A stretch of DNA of 64,000 nucleotides, from positions 7,546 to 71,545 of the IMG/VR virus record IMGVR_UViG_3300031454_000001; one strand, given 5' to 3'. The translations under genes and the position numbers were made by a program. The notes beneath the pieces are model-generated. The model had not been told where the DNA came from and did not search any database. It worked only from the letters and a program-made list of their open reading frames with translations. Shown here piece by piece: positions 57,999 through 64,000 of this stretch. The DNA comes from a virus. How positions within the stretch are numbered: position 1 is the first letter of the stretch; the number at the start of each line of letters is the position of its first letter.

Positions 57999-58624
57999 TT
58001 GCTTTGTATTTTACTTGGTTCACTACCGCTATCCACAACCTTGTCCGGCCGCGGTTCATTGCTATACCTTGCCACCACTGTATCAACCACCGTTTTTTCC
58101 ATATCGGCCGGTATCGGAAGCAGATCGAATTCACCATACTTTGAAATATCCATTACCACGAGTTGAATCATTAATGGAACATCAATCACCTTACTAGTTA
58201 TCACATATCCATCACGAACTTCGTAAGTTGTAGTGAGCAGGTCGTTTATCAACTGATTCTTTAATAACATCCCCTGGCCTGGCTGAACCGGTATAAAAAA
58301 ACAATCGGGGTCGTCGTTTGGCCCTACATGGTAGACGCCCATATTACGCGGTAGCATAACCGGTATTGCGGGTAATTTTGCCCGGCTTCTATTTTTCCAT
58401 TCCTCAACCTGGATATTATCATACGATGCCAGCACATGCCCCGCAGGTATTGATTCGCCGCTGGGAAGTGTTACGCCTATGTATTCGGTTTTTAATAACC
58501 CATTTACAATTTGCCCAATATATTCGCGCACTTCCTCTGTCCAAACATTAGAACCAACGGATGGGTTGCCTCCCTTTATAAGCCTTTTAGCCTGCTCCGA
58601 TATTTTACCGATTGTAGTAGCCAT
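57995..58624 (-). CDS. Tail ring / neck protein
   Basis: 209 aa; LLPIPADME C-terminal motif. Confidence 0.55.
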   Translation of the reverse strand: MATTIGKISEQAKRLIKGGNPSVGSNVWTEEVREYIGQIVNGLLKTEYIGVTLPSGESIPAGHVLASYDNIQVEEWKNRSRAKLPAIPVMLPRNMGVYHVGPNDDPDCFFIPVQPGQGMLLKNQLINDLLTTTYEVRDGYVITSKVIDVPLMIQLVVMDISKYGEFDLLPIPADMEKTVVDTVVARYSNEPRPDKVVDSGSEPSKIQSK

Positions 58625-59280
58625 TAGGCGTCAGTTAGTTTAAGTTGGGTGTACTGAATCATTTGCTCGCTACTTAAGTTCACTCCTAAAAATTGAAGTG
58701 CCCTATATATTACATTAGTTACTTCCCCTTCCCCCCATTCAAGTTCGGTAGAATAAAACTCATCGTACGTTACTTCCCTGCCGCTTTGATAATATTCCAG
58801 CTTAGGTTTATCCGGCCTTTTTAAATACCATCCCTCTCCCACGTTCATGGTTTTGGGGTAAATCTGAAATTTCCCTTTACCTATCCACTGGATAACCGGG
58901 TTGTTTTCATTCACCGGCTTTAACTGAGACCGCAACCTTTCAACCAGTTCATCATCATTTAACACTTCAATTTCTGTCATTAAGTTCTTTTGCAAATCAT
59001 TATCATACTTTAGAAGCGATACACTAAGAAGGCGTAGATAATCATCAGGTAATATGACTTTGCCAGCAATAGAAGTACTGTTAGTAAAGCTGAAAGGTTT
59101 TTTAAAAGGCGCTAGTGCATCCTGAAATTTTTGCGTTTCGGCATAGTAAGCCACATATTGATTAAAGGCAGCCATGCTACCCCAGTCCAGGGCCATATCA
59201 ATTTCTTCCGAAGTCGCAAAGCCGTTTATCTCCTTGTCAAGCATGAATAATATGAAGTCATGAATCTCTTTAAGTGTCAT
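58624..59280 (-). CDS. Head-tail ring protein
   Basis: MTLKEIHDFILFMLDK..GF...EEID and LPDDYL, YLKRP.KP motifs. Confidence 0.6.
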   Translation of the reverse strand: MTLKEIHDFILFMLDKEINGFATSEEIDMALDWGSMAAFNQYVAYYAETQKFQDALAPFKKPFSFTNSTSIAGKVILPDDYLRLLSVSLLKYDNDLQKNLMTEIEVLNDDELVERLRSQLKPVNENNPVIQWIGKGKFQIYPKTMNVGEGWYLKRPDKPKLEYYQSGREVTYDEFYSTELEWGEGEVTNVIYRALQFLGVNLSSEQMIQYTQLKLTDA

Positions 59281-60142
59281 TTTCTATTCCCAGCACCTGG
59301 CTTTGAAGAATGAGTAAATAGTTTTTGGCCCACAATTCATATTTCTGCGCATATTTTGGGTCGAACCTGATATAGTCACCATCTTTAACTCCAATATCAG
59401 ATTCGTTTTTAAGTGGTGAACCGATAGATATAACTTTTGCTTTACCTTCATCCACTTTTGTCACTAAATGAAGCTCTTGATTTACTTGCTTTTCGTAAAC
59501 CATCCGGCTTTCCTGCGGTTCCATTAGTACATTGCCGCCAATCATTATAATTCTATCCTCTCTCTTTACAGCTATAGCATCGAAATAATCTACCATCCAG
59601 TATTCGGCATCATCCAGCGGAATACAGTTTTTATAATAAGTGTCACTATCCCCGGCTATTGGATATTGCAGCATCCATTTTTCAACTTGCTTCGGTGTTC
59701 CCTGAAAACCGTCAAGAACATCATTATTTTTATCAACCAAAACACCGATTGCTTCTTTTTTAGTAAGCCGCCTTGTTTTAATCATTTCCTTTTTACCGTT
59801 CTCAAAGACCTTAATGCTGCCATCTCCTTCCGTTATTTCTTTAAAAGCGTCCGAATCGTTCCTTAGTTCCCGGTCGGTAATTACCTGGTAGGAAAAAAAT
59901 AGTTCATCTCCTACCTGTACTTCCGGGACAATGTCACTATGCCTGCGCTCTGACAAGTCGCCGTCAATTGCATTTCTTAATACCGATGGCACTGAAATAA
60001 CTTTACCCGTAACAGTAACATTCCACTCTGGATTATAGGACGCGTCCTGATAATACTTAAATCCGGAGGCTGTTATTTTTTCCTCTTGGAACTTAGTGTC
60101 AATCTGAACCAATATTTTATCAATAGGGCATTTAGGGTACAT
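59270..60142 (-). CDS. Protein with two GroES-like domains
   Basis: DKILVQ...TGKVISVP...VQVGDELFF and GNVLMEP...GKAKVISIG...VKDGDYIRF. Confidence 0.55.
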   Translation of the reverse strand: MYPKCPIDKILVQIDTKFQEEKITASGFKYYQDASYNPEWNVTVTGKVISVPSVLRNAIDGDLSERRHSDIVPEVQVGDELFFSYQVITDRELRNDSDAFKEITEGDGSIKVFENGKKEMIKTRRLTKKEAIGVLVDKNNDVLDGFQGTPKQVEKWMLQYPIAGDSDTYYKNCIPLDDAEYWMVDYFDAIAVKREDRIIMIGGNVLMEPQESRMVYEKQVNQELHLVTKVDEGKAKVISIGSPLKNESDIGVKDGDYIRFDPKYAQKYELWAKNYLLILQSQVLGIENDT

Positions 60143-60151
60143 ATAACCAAA

Positions 60152-60266
60152 GTTATAATTTATAACCTCTATCAGCCTAAAAAAACTAACAGGTTTATTT
60201 GTTATTAATGAATCATTTACTAAAAAGTCGGAAAATAATTTACGGATTATGGATACAATTTATAAC
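60152..60266. promoter_or_regulatory. Divergent control region with two operator-like palindromes 100 bp apart
   Basis: GTTATAATTTATAAC at 60152 (overlaps minus-strand TAACTTTG) and GATACAATTTATAAC at 60252. Confidence 0.55.
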
Positions 60267-60340
60267 TTTATAGTTTTAAAGGGTATTACGTCAACAGTGC
60301 GCGGGTGTTTTCTAACACCTGCTTTTAAAAAATCCCCTAT

Positions 60341-60508
60341 ATGAACACTATAGACTTATCAAGTTTTACTAAGGAACAAATAAAATTAGTTTTCCCAAGT
60401 GGTTTTTCAATTATAGCCCATCCAGATGTTATAGAAAGACTATTAACAGATTGGGTTATCCAAAATAAAGACAAAGTATCAACCCATGAACAAATACATT
60501 TTACTTAA
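60341..60508 (+). CDS. 55-aa hypothetical protein
   Basis: Manual translation MNTIDLSSFTKEQIKLVFPSG...; first gene of the plus-strand cluster. Confidence 0.5.
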   Translation: MNTIDLSSFTKEQIKLVFPSGFSIIAHPDVIERLLTDWVIQNKDKVSTHEQIHFT

Positions 60509-60788
60509 AGACTTGCCTGATTTCAAAGCGGGAGAAGTTTTCATAAAAGGAGAAGACAGTAATATTTATGAAGACGTGAATAAGACTTCTTACTACAGCA
60601 GCGAAACTGTTGAAACTAATACTGAATGGTTTAAGAAGGCTGAAGAATTAATATACTCAGAACAAAACATGCTTGACTTTGGAAAGTTTGTTAGAGAACA
60701 ATATAGAGATCGTGGCAATCCATTTTCAATTGTACACAATATAAATGAATGTCTAAAGGTGTTTAAATCTCACAAAAATACTCCATGA
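60486..60788 (+). CDS. Hypothetical protein
   Basis: YILLKDLPDFKAGEVF motif common in phage proteins. Confidence 0.65.
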   Translation: MNKYILLKDLPDFKAGEVFIKGEDSNIYEDVNKTSYYSSETVETNTEWFKKAEELIYSEQNMLDFGKFVREQYRDRGNPFSIVHNINECLKVFKSHKNTP

Positions 60789-61039
60789 AGTTTATCCCCA
60801 TAGCAGACCGTGTGTTAATAGAACCTATAAAGCAAGCTGAATTATCGGCGGGCGGTATTATTATACCAGAAATAGCAAAGAAGAAAAGCAATATTGGAAT
60901 CATTGCATCAGCAGGTAACGATTGTGTGGTAAAGTCCGGTGATCGCGTTTTGTTTTTAGAAAACGCCGGTACAGAACATAGTGAAGGTGGCCGGGATTTT
61001 AGAATCATTAAAGAGGATGATGTTTTGTGTATAATATAA
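60785..61039 (+). CDS. groES: Co-chaperonin GroES (Cpn10)
   Basis: FIPIADRVLIEP, SAGGIIIPE, VKSGDRVLF and IIKEDDVLCII motifs. Confidence 0.92.
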   Translation: MKFIPIADRVLIEPIKQAELSAGGIIIPEIAKKKSNIGIIASAGNDCVVKSGDRVLFLENAGTEHSEGGRDFRIIKEDDVLCII

Positions 61040-61067
61040 ACACACCTTGCTTATCAAATAAATATTA

Positions 61068-61379
61068 ATGGCACTATACCACCTTAAACCAAGCCCCTCC
61101 ATTAATGCCAGCCAGTACGCACCAGGAATGCAGGACGGCTTTACAACATTCACTTCAGGTACGGTAGATTTAAACCCCATACCCGCGGCACTGGAACGCA
61201 TTGCCGGTTTCTGGTTTGTTGAAACGGGGCTTACTTCATGGACGTGCTCAATACCTTATGTCGGCACTTTTAACTATTTATACCCTGACGATTATGTTAT
61301 AACACCAACATCCGGCCCTAAAACCAGGATGAGTAAAGCAAGTTTTGAAGCTAAGTATGAACTGGATAACGCTAGTTAA
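61068..61379 (+). CDS. Hypothetical protein
   Basis: 103-aa ORF, FEAKYE C-terminus. Confidence 0.65.
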   Translation: MALYHLKPSPSINASQYAPGMQDGFTTFTSGTVDLNPIPAALERIAGFWFVETGLTSWTCSIPYVGTFNYLYPDDYVITPTSGPKTRMSKASFEAKYELDNAS

Positions 61380-61382
61380 AGC

Positions 61383-61604
61383 ATGAATAAAACTACGGGA
61401 ATTCAATATTACATTACCAACTTTGCCCCAACGGAAGCGGTTAGCAACGATTGGGGATTATGCGATATTGAAGATATAATTAAGCAATTGCGGGAAACAA
61501 AACGTAAAGAAACACTGTTTTGGTACAATGGCAGGTTTTACGATCTTTATCCAGGAACAAGGAAAGCAAGAAAAATGATACGTAGATTAAAGCGAAAGCC
61601 ATGA
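61383..61604 (+). CDS. Hypothetical protein
   Basis: 73-aa ORF in operon. Confidence 0.55.
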   Translation: MNKTTGIQYYITNFAPTEAVSNDWGLCDIEDIIKQLRETKRKETLFWYNGRFYDLYPGTRKARKMIRRLKRKP

Positions 61605-61807
61605 CCATCATTACCGACCTAGACTTTTTTGATACCGTTTTCCTAAAGAACGACCCTGAACAAATGGAAGGTTTCGTTATAGGTATTGAAATTTGTCCAT
61701 CGGATAACGGCCAGTACAGCAGCAGGTATCTTATTCAATGGAACGGTTCTTTTACCAGGCATTACTGGCAGGAGTTAAGCAAAGAAAAAGACGAAAGTAA
61801 GGTATGA
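61601..61807 (+). CDS. Hypothetical protein
   Basis: 68-aa ORF with 4-nt overlaps on both sides. Confidence 0.6.
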   Translation: MTIITDLDFFDTVFLKNDPEQMEGFVIGIEICPSDNGQYSSRYLIQWNGSFTRHYWQELSKEKDESKV

Positions 61808-62811
61808 CCGACTACTCCGCCCTACTCGACCTTGCCCGTATAGACATCCTGGAGGACATCCGGATTAATCCAACGTGCATAAAGGTAGGTGGTAACACAT
61901 GGGGAACGTTGTCAAACTTTTCAGCAGTAATCGGTAAGGCAAAAAGTAAAAAGAGTTTTCTAATCATGATAGCCCTGGCAGCGGCGGTTAAACAATCCGA
62001 AGGCTTAATAACCGTTGAGTTCGCTAAAGACAAAGATAAAGTACTGCTCTTTGACACAGAACAATCGAAATTCCATATACAGCGCGCCGTTAAACGTATC
62101 AGCTACCTGGCCGGTAATATCCACCCTCACAACCTGGAAACATACGGGCTCAGGCGCCATCCGCCGGTAACAAGGCTGGCAATGATAGAGCAATGTATCT
62201 ATGACAATTATGATACCGGGCTGGTGGTTATAGACGGCATACGGGACCTGGTTACTTCGATAAACGACGAGGAGCAAGCTACCATGATCACCAGTAAGCT
62301 GTTAAAATGGACCGAAGAACGCAACATCCATATCATTATCGTCCTCCACCAGAACAAGGGAGACAACAATGCCCGGGGCCATGTAGGAAGCGAGATAATC
62401 AATAAAGCCGAAACCGTGATATCGGTATCCAAAGATCCCGACAACAAAGAAATATCCAATGTCCAGGTAGAATACGCCCGTGATAAGGAGTTTGAACCCT
62501 TTAGCTTTACCATTGACGAAAACGGAATGCCTGCAGTAGTTGAGAACTTTCTTAAACCGGAAGGTAAAAAAGCAATAACGCCTGCAGACGTGAGCAAAGA
62601 AATGCACGGGCTTATCCTGGACCAGATATTCATCTTTGCCCCTAACTTTTACTATAAAGAATTTATCATCCAGGTAAAACTTAACTTTCAAAGCAAGTCA
62701 ATTAAAATCGGCGATAACAAAGCAAAGGAGTTTATCACCTATTACATGAACCAAGGATGGGTGGAAAAGGTTGAAGGAGGTAAAAGGTATCCTTATTATA
62801 AACTAAAATAA
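61804..62811 (+). CDS. AAA_25/RecA-like ATPase (RepA/DnaB-like helicase domain)
   Basis: GKAKSKKS Walker A, LFDTEQS, VVIDGIRD Walker B, HQNK...ARGHVGSEI. Confidence 0.85.
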   Translation: MTDYSALLDLARIDILEDIRINPTCIKVGGNTWGTLSNFSAVIGKAKSKKSFLIMIALAAAVKQSEGLITVEFAKDKDKVLLFDTEQSKFHIQRAVKRISYLAGNIHPHNLETYGLRRHPPVTRLAMIEQCIYDNYDTGLVVIDGIRDLVTSINDEEQATMITSKLLKWTEERNIHIIIVLHQNKGDNNARGHVGSEIINKAETVISVSKDPDNKEISNVQVEYARDKEFEPFSFTIDENGMPAVVENFLKPEGKKAITPADVSKEMHGLILDQIFIFAPNFYYKEFIIQVKLNFQSKSIKIGDNKAKEFITYYMNQGWVEKVEGGKRYPYYKLK

Positions 62812-62813
62812 AT

Positions 62814-63005
62814 ATGAAATACAGCTACCCGTTTTTCTGCCATTACAGCAATAATAGATATTTCTGGTTCAGGATAAAAGGCTACGGACTACATATTAAG
62901 GACGTTAACCGTCATGGATTAATGCCTAATGAAAGATCGGGTTTAAGGAAAAGGATTCAGATTGGCAAATGGAGTATTCGAACATTAACACCTGATAGTA
63001 TTTAA
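62814..63005 (+). CDS. Hypothetical protein
   Basis: 63-aa ORF abutting the ATPase. Confidence 0.5.
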   Translation: MKYSYPFFCHYSNNRYFWFRIKGYGLHIKDVNRHGLMPNERSGLRKRIQIGKWSIRTLTPDSI

Positions 63006-63120
63006 CCACTATATTAGCCCATTCCTGACACCCCCTTTCTAATGTATGTACACATGCGTAAAGTCGGAAATCTAGTAATGGTGAGGTTTGGAGGTGGCAA
63101 AGCGTTTAATTATTTAAATT

Positions 63121-63327
63121 ATGGATACGGAAAATGATATTATAAAAGAAATTCAACAGTCGGTTGTCTCGAAAAGCGATGTTTACAAAAATGGATATTG
63201 CAACAATGACGGTGAATTTGTTGAAGAAAACATTTATTCAACTCAGGAAGTCTTTGAAATTTTACAAGTGTATACAGATGAGCTAATTAACCGTAAATTG
63301 ATAATATTTAACGATACAACCTTATGA
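63121..63327 (+). CDS. Hypothetical protein
   Basis: 68-aa ORF. Confidence 0.5.
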   Translation: MDTENDIIKEIQQSVVSKSDVYKNGYCNNDGEFVEENIYSTQEVFEILQVYTDELINRKLIIFNDTTL

Positions 63328-63548
63328 GTATTAACGAATTGACAGATAAGATTTGTAATCTGCCACATTTCTCAAACACAATAAATTTTTTGGTTAAACT
63401 TTCACATAACCAAAGTGTTTACATGCTATCCCTTACTTCTGGCGTTCAGGAACTTACATTAGCTATTCACATGGACGCTTTAAAGGATACTTACTATCCA
63501 GACTTAGTAATTCTTAAGATAAATGAATTTATACAAAATGTTGACTAA
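63324..63548 (+). CDS. Hypothetical protein
   Basis: 74-aa ORF with 4-nt overlap. Confidence 0.5.
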   Translation: MSINELTDKICNLPHFSNTINFLVKLSHNQSVYMLSLTSGVQELTLAIHMDALKDTYYPDLVILKINEFIQNVD

Positions 63549-63945
63549 GTATATGATTAATAATAGTTTACGTAGGTGGAAGTGTGGGGTAAGTGATATA
63601 TTGAACGGGGGCTTCAGGTGGCGGGAAACCGGGAAAGGCGAACCGGGTGGGGTAACTTTCTCAGATTCACGTTTCTGGCTTCTATTTAACATAATACAAC
63701 CTATAAGACAACTTCAGATAAGCTATTTTATTGATAGACAACGATTTAACTTTTACAAATATTATCAAATGAGAAATAAATGGGCAATTATAGGGGAAAA
63801 TGCCTCTATGTCAGGTATCTTGAAGACCGGTTTAACAATGGAAACCGCAAGTTTAAACCGATTGAGCTATTTAATTCTAAAAAAACATTTAATTGTAGGT
63901 AGAAATAGTGATTTAGCCCTCTCCTTGAACCTCTACTACACATAA
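63523..63945 (+). CDS. Possible hypothetical protein
   Basis: 140-aa ORF, no recognisable motif, unusual G-rich segment. Confidence 0.3.
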   Translation: MNLYKMLTKYMINNSLRRWKCGVSDILNGGFRWRETGKGEPGGVTFSDSRFWLLFNIIQPIRQLQISYFIDRQRFNFYKYYQMRNKWAIIGENASMSGILKTGLTMETASLNRLSYLILKKHLIVGRNSDLALSLNLYYT

Positions 63946-64000
63946 CGCGCAATGAAAGACTACAGAAACATACGCAGGTCATTAATGATAAACAAAGCTG

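Noticed and set aside
63960-64000. Circular closure of the window (end joining position 1)
   Set aside because: The partial gene leaving position 1 does not continue recognisably at 64000 and no terminal repeat is seen, so the genome probably extends beyond the window

Overview
The window is almost entirely one temperate tailed phage, probably of a Bacteroidota host. Host inference rests on TAnnTTTG promoters, Gln-type signal peptides, the Arm/SAM-type integrase and AT-rich translation starts. Left arm (1-19420, minus strand): two adenine methyltransferases, RuvC-like resolvase, replication initiator, SNF2 helicase, HNH nuclease, exonuclease plus RecT-like recombinase, and an accessory cluster at about 13-19 kb. 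A Cro/CI switch with palindromic operators lies at 19.2-20.0 kb, followed by a tyrosine integrase and an apparently intact attP whose core resembles a tRNA 3' end. Right arm (22.1-60.1 kb, minus strand): lysis genes, four signal-peptide-bearing beta-helix/tail-fibre proteins, an Ig-repeat protein, capsid, scaffold, portal, terminase, a 2090-aa putative ejection protein, and tail stabilisation/ring proteins of podovirus type reminiscent of crAss-like phages. A plus-strand cluster with GroES and an AAA ATPase closes the window. The most unusual signal is non-coding and absent from the ORF track. At 14.1-15.0 kb there are four copies of a 23-nt motif, three of which open 61-70-nt stem-loops with variable interiors, plus a 48-nt tRNA mimic with an alanine-type G3-U70 acceptor stem but no anticodon arm. 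These sit between a DEDD 3'-5' exoribonuclease and an Acb2/Tad1-like small protein. A second remodelled tRNA-like RNA lies at 16.6 kb. All family assignments are by motif recognition without database searches, and RNA folds were done by eye.
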